From the NCBI GenBank assembly GCA_025786725.1, contig JAHLTZ010000005.1:1-64000 (forward strand): a stretch of 64,000 bases of DNA. Direction: 5' to 3'. Positions 39,565 through 53,524 of the stretch are shown in pieces (positions within the stretch are counted from its first letter, which is position 1; each line of letters opens with the position of its first letter). The notes beneath the pieces are model-generated. The model saw nothing but the letters and a program-made list of their open reading frames with translations, was not told the DNA's origin and made no database searches. The DNA comes from Syncephalis fuscata S228 (Eukaryota > Fungi > Zoopagomycota). The translations under genes were made by a program, and so were the position numbers.

Positions 39565-40409
39565 TATTGTAAGACGAGTAGTAATAGTCAATAGCGTAAA
39601 TATCAACAAGATAAATAAAAGGCGCGATTTTATTTTATAAATTAATTGTAATTAAATAGTGGAGTTATTTTACTTTGAGTTCTGGTTAAACTGGGACAAA
39701 AAAATCAATAATTTGAATAGTAAATCGTCAATCAGTTTTTACTACTGAGAAGTGCTATTTGATGAAGCAGTGCCACATCAACTCCGATTAATTCAATCAG
39801 TGTCAACTAATCAGTACTATTTTCAATATTTGATATCAGTGTTAATAAATATTAAATAGTATTTCATGTTACTTACAATAAAATGTTACATTTAATTATA
39901 ATGTTGATGCAGCAGTGTCAGTTTGATTTCTTATTATAATAAGTGTGAATCCATATTATGGTTGCTATAGGTATTTAAAGCATTATAATTGATTATTTAA
40001 TATAACTCACCATCCAGTTCCATGTTTAGTAGAATAACAAATGTGTAGTGCAATAAAGTAAAGGATGTTAGCTTTGGTTTTTTAACACTAAATTACATGA
40101 GTCTATTATTAATTATTAAATAAACGAAGCTATTGTACATTGACTTTTACATTTTTATTTACTCATTTCACTCTTCTTTTCCTATTACTATTTTCTCGTC
40201 TTATCTCCTTTTTAGATATTCTATTTTACGGAAATGATAATGAACAATAATATTACATTGATATCTATTATAAATGATGATTTAAAAACAATTAATCTAA
40301 TCAACTCGTCAACTATTTAAATCATTACGATCAATTGCGTAAAAAGATTTACTATCCCGGGGATTAAAGTAAATATATTGTAATTAATGTGTTGTTAATT
40401 ATCTTTATT

Positions 40410-43400
40410 TCATTCTTCATCTTCATTTTCTTGTTCTTCTTGTTCTTCCTCATGTTGTTGTCCCTGTTCTTCCTCTTCCTCTCCTTCCTCTTGCGCCTCT
40501 TGTTCCTCCGTTTCATCTATAATAATACGTTGTATTTGAATACGGAAATCACGAGCAGTACTACGTTTTAATAAATATACCAAATCCACCTAAATTCATT
40601 GGTTATATATATAGTATTTATAATAAGTTATATTATTTACCTTGGACTGTTTTGATAATGCAATAATATGCTTTTCAAATTGTTCCACTGTAAATATCAA
40701 CATTGGTATTGCACGTAACTCTCTAGAAATACGTGCCTATTCATTATATTAATATTATATTGTTATTAGTATCTATTGTAATCTATTACCTTCTTCGTTA
40801 ATGGCTTATCCTTGTTCTTTTTACGCTTTCCATTCTCTGAACTATTAGTTCCATGATTGGATTGTGCTCCATCATGCTGTTGAACATAAGTAATAAATTG
40901 ATATAAATGCTGTGAAAGTGGTCCTCCTGCCGTTTCTATTAATGCTTTCATTTCTTGACCTGGTCTTATATTAAGAGTCAGTGCCTAATATTTAATTAGT
41001 CTATAATATTATTGCACTAGTCTATGCTATATGTATTACTTTACGTGTTATACTCCCTAATAACTTGTAAGCCCTCTGTAATGTTTGCGTAAGACGATCG
41101 GCCATCGGCCCAACAATATATGTTTGTTGAGCGGTAATGCATACTTCACAGATGGCCTTCATACGTTGTAATACATACCCATATGACTCAATTAGACATA
41201 CATCTATCAAGTGTCATTAATATAAGCTATTCTATTACATTGACAACACCCACCCTTTCCTAACTCTACTGAAAATCGAGGTTTTGACCAATGATTCACA
41301 CAATACTGTAACTCTTCAATATTGGCATCAGTAGATTCGAGAATGGCGCGGAATACTATTAAACTCGTTTGATCATTCACTAGACTAAATGTCATTTCCA
41401 TTTGACTTTCCGGTTCTTCATAAATAGTACCAATATTACCACGTATCAGCTTAATATCTGTTGCTATAGTGGCATGACAGTTCAAGGTAGCTGAACCTGC
41501 TTCTGTAGCTAGTATAGCATTTACCAATGATCTAGATAATTGACTATCATCAATGCCGTAATTAGAAGTTACTTGCCGTTTCCAATTGATGGCATGTTCT
41601 GGTTCAGTGGCCAAACAGTGCTTTCTAATAAACTCGTATAAATCGACAATCAAGGCAATTTCCTTTTGCATACAGGCACCTCGTTCAAACAAGGCATTAA
41701 TCATCGACTATTTAATATTAATTATACTGTTGAATCTATTTAATAAATCATTTACCTCTAATCGTGTTAATAGATTGATAATAACCTGTTTTGAATTAAT
41801 ATTTGGTGTAGTGCTATCGAGATCAATAAATAGATCTACTATTCGTGTTGATGCATCATCACTCTTATTCATTATCTTTAACAATAAATTGTGTAAGCCT
41901 TGAGAACAAACAAGTATATCTGATGATCCCTATATGTATATAGATATACATAGATATACATAGATATACATAGATATTAGTTTATATTTATTAATAGTTG
42001 GTTATTATTACTAACCGCTAAAAACCGTCGTTCATTTTTTGCGCATTCTTCTAATTCAAGGAAAAGTAATTGTGCTACACTTTTAGTAATATTAATATCC
42101 TGTTCGGTACAAGATAACTAATAGTATAGAGAATAGTTAAATCATCTAATATTTAATTAACCATATTACTTACTTTGTGCGCATGAGTAATGGCCGTGGC
42201 TACAAGCATTTTAAGTAAATGAACTCGATATCCAAAACGTAATGATGCATCAGAATGTTGAATCAACTTTTTACACAATTTATGTACTGCCATCGATGTC
42301 AATTTGGTGGTCTGTAAAATACATGAACATCCTATTAATTATAATAAATATGTATTAGATTTTATTAAATAGACTACTATTTAATTACCTTTGGTAGATT
42401 TATCTCTTAATAGAGCATATGCTTGACAGTGTTTACTAACAACACTACGAATTGTTTCAATAGCATCAACTTTAGAGAAATTACATAGAGCAGTAACCAT
42501 GGCACTCTAATAATTGATAAGTAATTAATACGAGTCATATCTATATCTATATTTATATTTATATCTATATATATATTACCTCATATAAAGCTAATAGTCG
42601 TTGAATTGAAGTTATACGCTGTATTTCATCCAATGCTGGTGTACGATCAAGATTTCTCGTTAATCGGTAATCGGCAACAGGTGTATCGGATAGACGTGTT
42701 ACAATTGTGGTAAGTATTGACTGGCATTGTTTTACTTCCTCTAATCTATTATTGGTACTTTTGAATAATTCATATAACTGAGAAATAAGTATAAGAAGTT
42801 GTGGTAATGGATCTCGTATATCGTCCTCTTCTTCATCTTTGTTGTTGTTACCAACTATATTGTCACTATTAATAGCACTTTGACCACGTCTCATATGATG
42901 TAATCCATTCAGTATAGCGTCAGGTTCTGTCGCATCAAGTTGAAAGGTTATAGTGGCCTATATTTAATAATATTTATAATTCTATTAGTTATATTATAAG
43001 TTAAACTTACTTGTCGTAGTAAATAATCAGCTAACGATAGAATACATTCGGGTCGTTTCTGAACAAGCAATGATAAACTGGCCAATGATTTGGCTTGTAA
43101 AATACCCGTAGATTGTGTACAACGTCCGATTAGACCTTGTATACAATATTAGATAGTTGAAGATAAACCAATTTATACATACTAATGAGTTCATTTCTAT
43201 ACATTTGTATTCGATCAGCGTTCATAAATGCTGGAGTCAAGTCTAAATTAATTAGAAATACCAATGCTTGTAAAGCGTTTTCTTGACCATTGGTATCCCT
43301 ATAATTTAACATATAAATATTGTATACTCTAATTGTCAATAGAGTATATCCTACCGTGAAAATAGATATTTACGCGCGGTCATTAATAGATCATCGCGTA

Positions 43401-45586
43401 ACATTTGATTTGAAACATAAATTGTTGATAAAGATGTAAATAGACTACGGATTATGGAGGGTGAAAGCATTGGCATTAGACTGTTCAGCTCTTTTATCTA
43501 TCATATTAATCAATATTATAATTTAATCTATTAATATGTAATATTACATACCATATGTGTATATTCTAATAGAGTAGCTCCAGCTTGATCAACTATTTGC
43601 CCTAATAGCTCTGCATATAAATAAGTAGATGGTAGATGAGCAATTAGCCGCTCAATAACAATATCCAGAATAGTTTGACGGGATGCTTCACATTTCTAAA
43701 TAAATACTATTACTATACAATGCATTAAGTACACTATTTCTAATAACTTACCACAAATAATTGAGCCAAATGTACAATTAATTGATTTGCTAATCCTACT
43801 AATGTATCATTCAATGTTGTATTAAATCGTGTATTCATTGGACAACACTGTTCCAATGTACTGGTTAACAGCTTAATTAGGGCAATATAGCTCGATCAAC
43901 ACTATGGGCCACTTGTTCGATACTCTCAGTTAACATCTTCTCCCAAAGATTCGCCTTTAATTCAGTATAATCTATATGTATATATGTATATATAGATATA
44001 TAGATATAAATTAATAAAATAATTATATTCATTATAATAAACTTAATCATTCCAAGCATTTACCTCGTAGCCATGGTGCTTGTAATAAACGATGTTGAAC
44101 TCGAGCATTATTAATTAGGAATGATTTTAACATTTCCATAATCTAGAATAGTTAGCTAGTATGTTTATATGCTATTTATTCCCACCTGATCTTGATATCG
44201 ATGATTTCTTGCTATTAAACATAGACAGACAACGGTAAATGAGGAACAAAGTAGTCCAGTATCTTTTTTAATGGACTTTATAAAAAGTTCCATTAATTTC
44301 TAATAATTGTATCGTAAGAAAACTTGCTGTAAATATAGCATATAGTATTTACTGAATCCTGACTCATAGAAAAGCATAGATGAAATGCTACGGTGCCTTC
44401 AATTGACTGTCTGGCTATTTCATCCATTTCAGAAAAACAATCACGATATGTAGCAAAGAATTCTAGCATATTTGGAATAATGGGAATTCGTGGTGCCTAT
44501 AAGCAATATTAGTAATGACACACACATACACACACTATGTAGATATACTTACTTTGATAGCATATAATACTAATTGATAGACAAATGTTGGTAATTCATC
44601 CGGTAATACCAATGGTAAATGTCTACACTAATAAGTATTGAATAGTTTGTATACGTATATTATTACCGTTGAAAACACGTAAGCAATAATTCAAACTGTT
44701 CTCCTGCTAATGGAACTGTATGAAATGCCGTAACTAATGGTACCAAAAGACGTGGTGGTATATCTGCTTTTGATAATACATTAATAGATTCCTGTTTGCT
44801 ATTAACATATAATCCTGATAACGGTTTACTTCTACCATCGGTAGATAATGCAGTTGAATTACTTGCTGCATATAATAGACTGGCATATAGTGATGTAATA
44901 CATGTAAATAAACGGCTTTCTGATGTTATCCAAATAGTAACAACATCCAGGGCACCTATTAGTGTAGATTGAGATATCATTTGAATCTAAATATTATTAA
45001 TCATTAGTGATTGATCATTAAATATTCTATATACCAACGATTCTACTTACGTGTGGTATCCATAGATTAACTAACTGTTCAGCAAAATAGTCGTCATCTG
45101 AATCATCTGCACTTCCTTCACGTAGCCTTAAATAAATCAGTAGTTTATTAATAAATAAATGAATACAAAATAGTAGTATAACGTACCATTCAAGGGCTAC
45201 TTGGAATAAACGATCCAAAAGCGTTGTTGATTCGCTTGCTAAAAGCTCTTCACTTCTACCAAGTGCCGCTATTAACCATATTAATTATCGTTTATTACTC
45301 TATCCTACTCTATCCTACTCTATCCTATTTATAACTACTATATAATTACCATTCAATAGTGTTCTGGCACATCCAAGCCGTTGCTCTTTATCTAGATTGC
45401 TATATTCTTTCTGTAACAGTAATTGCAGTCCTTGTTCAATCTAAATAGAAAGAATAAGACGGCGTATACTTATTCAGTAATTGTACCTACATCCGCATCA
45501 CTTGTTTCTACCAAAGGATCCTCCACCTCATTGCAATCCTCAAGTGTAGATTTAAGGAAACGTACTGTTGTTTGAATAACGTCCAT
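40410..45586 (-). CDS. FANCI: Fanconi anemia group I protein (FANCI), many exons
   Basis: DELPTFVYQL, SIEGTVAFHL, QHLYQFITYVQ, IPMLIFTVEQFEKHIIALSK, LKRSTARDFRI, then an acidic tail. These correspond to FANCI solenoid and C-terminal motifs. Confidence 0.85.
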
Positions 45587-45655
45587 GAGCAAAGAAAATA
45601 ACAAGCAGAATAAGACGCGTCTTTTCCACTCCATCATTTATATATCGTTAAATAG

Positions 45656-45664
45656 TCACGTGAT
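45656..45664. promoter_or_regulatory. E-box TCACGTGAT (Cbf1/USF-type) in the FANCI/AFI1 divergent promoter; MCB-like ACGCGT about 40 bp away
   Basis: The same 9-mer occurs at 25750 and 49849, each in a divergent intergenic region. Confidence 0.5.
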
Positions 45665-45733
45665 TAATTAATTGAATATAAGTGCGTGTATAGGAATTGC
45701 TTTCCTCGTCTATTGTTCTCCGCACTATTCATT

Positions 45734-48317
45734 ATGACCGCAGTAGCAGCATCACTTCCATCTGACCATGTTCGTACTATTCTACTGGCCGAATTCGATA
45801 TTGACCGGGGGTCATCGCTGACCCATCAGTATCCAGAACCAACGGGAGCGGATGAAAAGTAAGCGACTACGAGTTTTACCGCTTTGATACTTATTCAGTA
45901 TTTATATATATATATATCACTATAGCTTTCTAGCTGAGCAAATGCTTCCGGACGGTGCTCATTTACGCGAAGAAGATTGGACCGTCTTTTTCCTTAATCG
46001 CAAAAAGCCAGAACCTTTAGAAAAAACGAGCGATAACAATAATAGTAACAGTAACAATAACAGTAACAGTAACCAACCAGTATTATATGTACTGAACCTA
46101 GTACGCACTAAACATGATTCACAAGCAAGACGGTAATTATATAATTGAATTAGATTAAATTAAATTAAATTATAGAATTAAACCAATATAATTAACTATT
46201 TAGTGGTGCAGTTGTAAAGGCAATGGCTATTTGTGTTACTTTCCCTGCCGTAGATATATTCAAAGTAAGCAATTATATTAATAGCAATAACTATTACATT
46301 AATAAACTATTGTATCAATTAGGCGGTTCTTTTATTAGCAATGGAAAAGTATTTTCTTGCCCCATCAATTGATGTATTGGTATCGCTATTTCGTACAGTG
46401 AATTCTTTAGATTTAGCCGATATGCCTTGTTTCTCTTTACCCGAGAAGCGAATTCTACGATCATGGGACATTCCCGATTTATTTGAAGAGAAATTTATAG
46501 CTGCTGCTGCAGAACGTAAAACACGTACCGACAATACAGCAAATACATCTGATGTAGCATCGGATCGAGTGGATGAAAATAATAACTCAAAACGTGGTAC
46601 TTCTTATATTGATTTAGCGACTGGTCGCTCTAATGGACCAACTGCTACCGATCCTGGACTGGCCATGTCAGGTGTTCGTAAGGATCGATATTTCTTTGAG
46701 GCAGTTATAGCCTATGATGGTATTAATATTCCTATTCGAGTACCACTTACAAACTATACAGAAGAAGTAGGCGATGTAAGTTGTTATTTACACCTATTTA
46801 TCTATCTATATAATGAATATAACTAACCGTAATAATGAATATGCTATACTAGTTTTCGTTAATTAAACTAATATCTACCTTTTCTCCAGCCTCACCCTCT
46901 CAAACACTATCGCCACCATTCCACGCTCATTTAACAACAGCTGGTGCACATACACATCCAATTATACTGCTTATTAATGCACTACTTACTCAAAAGCGCA
47001 TTTTATTTTTGGGCCATGAAAGACCCGCTGGAGAAGTGGCCAATTTTGTATTGGCTGCTTGTGCCATGGGCAGTGGTGGTGGTGGCGTGTTACGTGGTTT
47101 TACCGATCGTGCATTTCCATATGCTAATTTGGCTCATTTGGACGACTTATTAGACTGGTATGATGATGATGGCTATTCATAGTATTAATTAAATTACTTA
47201 CTATTGATTATAGTCCTGGATATATTGCTGGGGTTACTAATCCAGCTTTTAAAGATCATCCAGAATGGTGGGATGTTTTATGCGATATAAAGACTGGACG
47301 CATCACTATTAGTAGTAAAATACTGGCCCCAGAGAGTAGTGAAACATCTCATCGTGACGCCGATAAAGGTTACGGCGATGATAGTGGCAACACTGGAAGA
47401 TCTACAGGACGGGATACATACGATAATGAGTTTATACAAGATGTAATTATAATACCATGGCAATAATAGCAACAACACTAATATTAAGATTAACGATTTA
47501 CGATTATAGGTCATGTCAGCTATTCAGGCTCACTATAGTGAAATGGCTATTCGAACTAAATTCCACGATTATGTTCAGCGATTCGTTAGAGTGGCGGCTA
47601 TTTATGAGGCACAGGTTTATGGAAATAGTTTAATTGATTTCTCAGCTCAAGATACACCGGATATATCGGGTCTACTTGGTTATGGCTTCTACTTTACAGA
47701 TGATACGGTGAAGAAGCGTGAATTGCGTATCAACAAATCACGTATTGAAGGTTGGCGACAAACCTACGCTTACCAATACTATGTTGAGGTAATTAATTAG
47801 ACTATTAAATATTAAATACAAAATATTAAATATTAAATACGATTGATATTTATAGGATTTCCGATTATATCTTAATACACGTAGTGTTAATGCATTGGAT
47901 GTACAACGACAAGCAGTCAAGTTAAGAACACCATGTTCAATATCAAATGACGAAATAGAAGCTATTATTGAGCAATGCTTCGTAGTTCCTGTGATGATAT
48001 CCAGATTATTGAGGTAACTGAGCTATAATTATATTCATAGTTATGGTTATATTAATCATTTATTATATAGTTACTTTCATATTTCCCTCAGAATAAAGGC
48101 GGTTTACAACCACTGGCAGCCTGTTTATTTCATACATCGCCTGTTATACGTGAAGGCGTAGTTATGTTGCTACAACAACTATGCATGAATCCAGTAAGTA
48201 TATGAATAATATACATTGATATTATAATTAACATATGATTATTAGAATGGATATCGACTGGTTCAATATCTAAATCGTTATTATCGATTGGCACTGGATC
48301 GTTTGCAAAGCATATAA
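45734..48317 (+). CDS. AFI1/MesA family polarity-axis protein (Afi1 plus SPA, DENN-related), multi-exon
   Basis: [88 protein letters not shown] frameshift near 47970 is probable. Confidence 0.85.
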
Positions 48318-48546
48318 ATCTAATATTTAATTGATTTTAATCGACTTTATGTCATTGTTGTATAAATAAATCGATAAAGGACATATTTGTATCTTAATTA
48401 ATACAAATAGTTGAATAGTTTGTATATTACTAATCATTAATGATTACACTTGATATTACTAATTACTAATTACTAGTTACTAATAATTAATTATTGGTAT
48501 AATTTATCTATTAATATAATCAACTATCCAATGTTTTTCTAATTAA

Positions 48547-49821
48547 CTATTTGGAAGGAACATAATCTTTTGTCAAATCAATGCCCTCCAAATGCGTGTT
48601 TGTAATCTTGCCCTTGCGTGTACGTTGTTTTGGTCGCTTTGTTTTTGGCTATAGATAATAGGTTAATGAATTAAATAATATAAAAATATAATAAATATTT
48701 ATATATTACTTACGTCTTTCTTAACGCCGGTTTCAAATACTTCCATTGTTTTTAATCCAGCTATAGTTAAAATTATTATTAGTATATATTCGATATACAT
48801 ATATTATTATTTATCTATTATCTATTTATTACCTTCAGCCATTCGTTTAGGCAAATCAGCTTCATCAGGTACTTTTAATGTTCTCCACATATTTCGGAAT
48901 TCTAATACAATAATTAATACAATGATTAAATGGTCTTTAATCGACTACCTTCATCCATTTCAGTATTCAACGATGTGTCATTGTAATATAAAATACGTGC
49001 TGTTCCATCTCGATTACGAGCAATTAATATCTCGCCTGTAGCTGACAATTCCTAATAAATAATGTTATACAATAAATAATATACAGACTTATATATATAT
49101 ATAATACCTCAGCCAGTTTAGTAACATTTGCATTGGAGTCTTTTAATTCACAAACTTCAATGCCACCTCGACCGAATCCATCACGTAATAGTGCCAGTAC
49201 TTCTTCTTTGGTTCTTACGTTATAATCAGGCTATTTTATTATTATAATTATTATCATTATTAACATATCAAATAATGATAGGTAAATTAATAACTATACC
49301 TTATAGGCAAATGTATTTTTATCAGAATCATAAATTACTTTGCTATTATGCGCCAAAGCCTTTAATAGTGCAGCATCTTTTGCGATATCAACGTTTGTTT
49401 CTTTCTTTAATTCAGCCATTGTCATAGATCCATCATGTTTCTATTAAATCATCATAATATAAGATAACCGGTTAACCACCACTCAACCAGTACTATAATA
49501 CACCACACTAATCAATAATACATACTTTAATATGACTCATAATACGATAAAACTTCATACGCGTCTCATCTGAACTGGCACCAGCCATAGCTAGTGGCTC
49601 TGTAATTACAACGCTGCATTACTAACATAGTTGGTTAGTTGTCAAGTCTACTTGCCAGCCCGTCTACGCTTTAATTTATTGGCCGATCCAACTGCATCAT
49701 CCGTTGAAGTGTTATTTGTTGGCTTTTCGGCCGGCCTTGCAATCGGTGCTGCTCGTTGCAACACCGGCTGTGCGGCCATCCGTTTACGAAAGTTTTCATG
49801 TTGAGCCAACAAAGATGCCAT
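48547..49821 (-). CDS. TFA2: Transcription initiation factor TFIIE beta subunit; first intron is GC-AG (49600-49655)
   Basis: MASLLAQHENFRKRMAAQPVL, TFAYKPDYNVRTKEEVLALL, GGIEVCELKDS, ILYYND, EFRNMWRTLKVP, KITNTHLEGIDLTKDY. Confidence 0.9.
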
Positions 49822-50711
49822 GACAGTTGATTGAAAGAAAGAAAGATCTCACGTGATTTGTTGTTGTTAAACATTTGGCGGACTCCTTTTATTCATCGGT
49901 CTTGCATGTGAATCCATCTATCATTGACACTCCTTAATTTTACTCTTACCCACACTCACTTTTACTTTTGCTTTCACTTATCGCCGACTCGCCTATTGAC
50001 TCACTCACTCGCTATTAGGAATATCTCTTGTTTCTACTGTCTGTACCTACACCTCTATCTAGTTATTTGATACTTGTCAGTATTACAGCTAATTCTTGTC
50101 CATCTAGTACTACTATAACTACAGCCTCATCTAAACGCTTCATCAGCGTTGCTATTGTTACGGGTGTGAAATAGAACTGCGTACGTGCGGGTACATTGCT
50201 GTAAATAGATTGTTCGTTGTCCTTCAAACTATTGCTAGCCAGCCAGCACTACACTACTTGACACAACACGCCTTATTGTTTAGAAGCACAAAAGTATAGT
50301 CAAGTAGGAGACTGGCGTCGTTGAGTGTGTATCTTCATTTCTCCTTGTCCTACAACAAGTAGCAACGAGGTAAGAGATATTTGTAGACTAAACAACACAC
50401 TATACGATTGGGTGGGGAACACGGGTGTGTGTGATTGGTCCATAGGCATATATCCAGTGGCGAGTATCTACACTCAAACGAGAGCGTCTCCGTATTTGAT
50501 TATCCGTATTCTCTACTATAAACGTTCTCAGCTTATCATTTAGCTTGCTGGTTTCATCGTAATTCTTTCTCTTTCCTTTTCCACTCTCTTCTAATCGCTG
50601 CATTACGCGAACATAGTCGTCTATTATACGTCATTAGCAAGTACTAACTACCATTGGCTGTGCCAGTAGTTTGTTTCTTTTATTCAGGAGTAGCAAGGTG
50701 GAAACGGCAGA

Positions 50712-52462
50712 ATGTTGAATCTTTATCAACAGTATCCGCAGGCGCCACAAGCCAAACAGACGTTAAAGTTTCGTTTGCAGGCCTGGATGGTTAACGATGG
50801 TAGGTTGTCGATGAGTTAATGCTGCAAGTGCTGCTGTGTATATGCATACAGACTATAACTAGATGCTACGTCATTTGCAGCTACGATGTGGTATGATGAT
50901 ATTGGCCTTACTAACACATAATCTATTATTTAGGCCAGAAAGTAGTATTTGTTGGCCTTTGGTCTATTGCTATGGCTATGGTTTTTGGAACTGCCTATAT
51001 CAATTATGCAGTTAGTGACAACTTCAAGACAATGCGCGGTCTATTTGGCACTGTGCCACTTTCGATAGCGCGTGCATCGGCTCTATGTCTTCACGCCTGC
51101 GCCAGTATTATTCTATTTCCCGTGTGCCGCAATGTCATTTCTCTTTTGCGTACCACGCCGCTTAACAGTGTTATTCCGTTCGATGACGCCATTCCCTTTC
51201 ATAAGGTTATCGCTTGGACCATTCTTTTCTTCTCGTTAATACACACTGGTGCACATGTAGTCAACTATGCTACATTGGCCCAAAAGATGCCAGAGAATGG
51301 CAACTGGGCCGTCCAATGGTTTACTAATGGTCCTGGATATACTGGCAATATTATGTTGATTTCCTTAATCGCTATTGTAACAACTGCCATCAAGAAGGTG
51401 CGCCGGCGCAACTTTGAGGTGTTTTGGTATACCCATCACTTGTTTATTGTCTTCTTTGGCTTCTGGGCCTTCCACGGTGCATTCTGTGTCGTGCAGCCTG
51501 ACCGTGAACCAAAATGTGCTAATGCCGCTGCTTTCTGGAAGTACTGGTTAGCCAATGGTCTTATGTATTTGGCCGAGCGTGTATTGCGTGAATGGCGCGG
51601 TCGTGAATCCACCATTATCACAAAGGTAGTTATGCATCCATCGAATGTCGTAGAGGTCCAAATCAAAAAGCCAACTTGCCGCACCAAGGCTGGTCAGTAC
51701 ATTTTCCTTTGCTGCCCAGAAGTAAGTCTTTGGCAATGGCATCCATTCACGCTTACGTCGGCACCAGAAGAAGATTTTATTTCTGTCCATATTCGTGTTG
51801 TGGGCGATTTCACACGTGAATTTGCAAGCAAGCTTGGATGTGACGTAAATAGCAAAAATCCAAAGAGCTCTAACCAAGATGGTGATATTAACCGTCTATT
51901 GCCTCGTCTAATGATTGATGGACCATTTGGATCGGCTAGTGAAGATGTGTTCAAATTTGAAGTTGCTATGCTGTTTGGCGCGGGTATTGGTGTTACACCA
52001 TTTGCTTCTATTCTTAAATCGATCTGGTATCGAATGAACTACCCCACTCAGTCCACCAAATTAACCAAAGTATACTTCTTCTGGGTCTGCCGTGACTATC
52101 AAGCATTTGAGTGGTTCCAAGACTTGCTTAAGGCCATTGAAGACGAAGATGTTGAACAGTATATTGAGATTCATACATACTTGACGGGCCGTCTTAAGGA
52201 AGATCAAATTCACAACGTGATTCAAAACGACGAAGAAGGTTTTGAGGATGCTGTGACGGGTCTACGTGCTCCTACGCATTATGGCCGTCCCAACTTGGAT
52301 CAAATCTTTAGCGGTGTTGCTCATCATCATCCTGAGACCGATGTGGGTGTCTTCTTCTGTGGTCCTAAGCCTCTTGGACGTCAGCTGCATCTGGCTTCAA
52401 ACAAGTATACGCAACCTACTAAAGAAGGCACACGATTCTTTTACAACAAGGAGAATTTCTAG
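50712..52462 (+). CDS. NADPH oxidase (gp91phox family), NoxB/Nox2-like; intron 50800-50933
   Basis: Exon 1 MLNLYQQ...AWMVND|G splices in frame to the 496-aa ORF. Heme His motifs FHK and HHL, FAD site HPFTLTSAP, DGPFG, GAGIGVTP, VFFCGP, C-terminal KENF. Confidence 0.93.
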
Positions 52463-53524
52463 TTGGCAAAAAAGGAATATAACCACGAGGGGAGAAGCTA
52501 GAGAGATTGACGCTGATTTGCATTGTGGATCATATATACACAACAGTTAATAGTAATAGTAATAATAACAGTAATAAAGCGACACTAAATATTTTTGGTC
52601 ATTAAATTAAATTGTATTTATCTTGAATTATTTATTTTATAAATAGAAGGCATAAAAGCAAATGAAAACAGTATTGCTATCTGGTGAGTATATAAGTTCA
52701 GCCAAACGTTAATAGAGCATAATATGGCTCTGTTTGATGTGTCATTTAAGAATAATAGAATAAAGTGTCAAAGCTGTAATGTATAATTCAATAAATAAAG
52801 TAAATTGAAATCTATAATAATTAACATTTAGAAAGTATACAATAGAAAGATATATAATAGCAGAATGATACAATGGAATGCAATATATTAATGCTAAATG
52901 AGACAGGTGTTATGTAATTGATACATTTTATTTAACATATTAAATAAATATTAAAAATCACATTCTTTTAGTTTTAAAAGTAAAAATGAAATAAAAACTA
53001 ACAAACATATTAGTGCAATAACAGCAGCAGGAATCAATAAAATAATTGATTAAATAAACCACTAATCTTACTGTTAAAGTAGATGGCGTGAATGTAGTTG
53101 TATTAAATATACTCAATTGTAGTTTATTAATATTTGCAAGAAAAGTTTTATTTCTGACTAACTACCAAAAAAGTACATTACATCTAATAGTATGGCACAA
53201 ACTAAATAATGTATGTAGCAGAAAATCAGTGGCATGTATTACAGTTAACAAATAAATTAGATGGACAGTCGGCCATCATGTCTATTTGCTGTTATAAAGC
53301 ATCCTGAAACGATAATTGAGCAATCTTTAATGATCATCAGTAAAGATTGACACGATATTTACAAAGTGGTTACTGATACGCTAAATTTAAAATACTCAAA
53401 TACAGCATTGCAACTAATTAGCTTGGATTTTTGTTTAATAATATAAGATAAGATTTTAGCAATGTTAAATATTAATTTATTTTAGTTCAACACTCTATTT
53501 GTGTATTACTACGCGATTGTATGT

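Noticed and set aside
40389-40571. Hydrophobic F/L-rich ORFs (also 20780-21133, 21567-21770, 988-1179, 36342-36572)
   Set aside because: They are antisense or alternate-frame readings of Glu/Lys/Asn-rich tracts or simple repeats.
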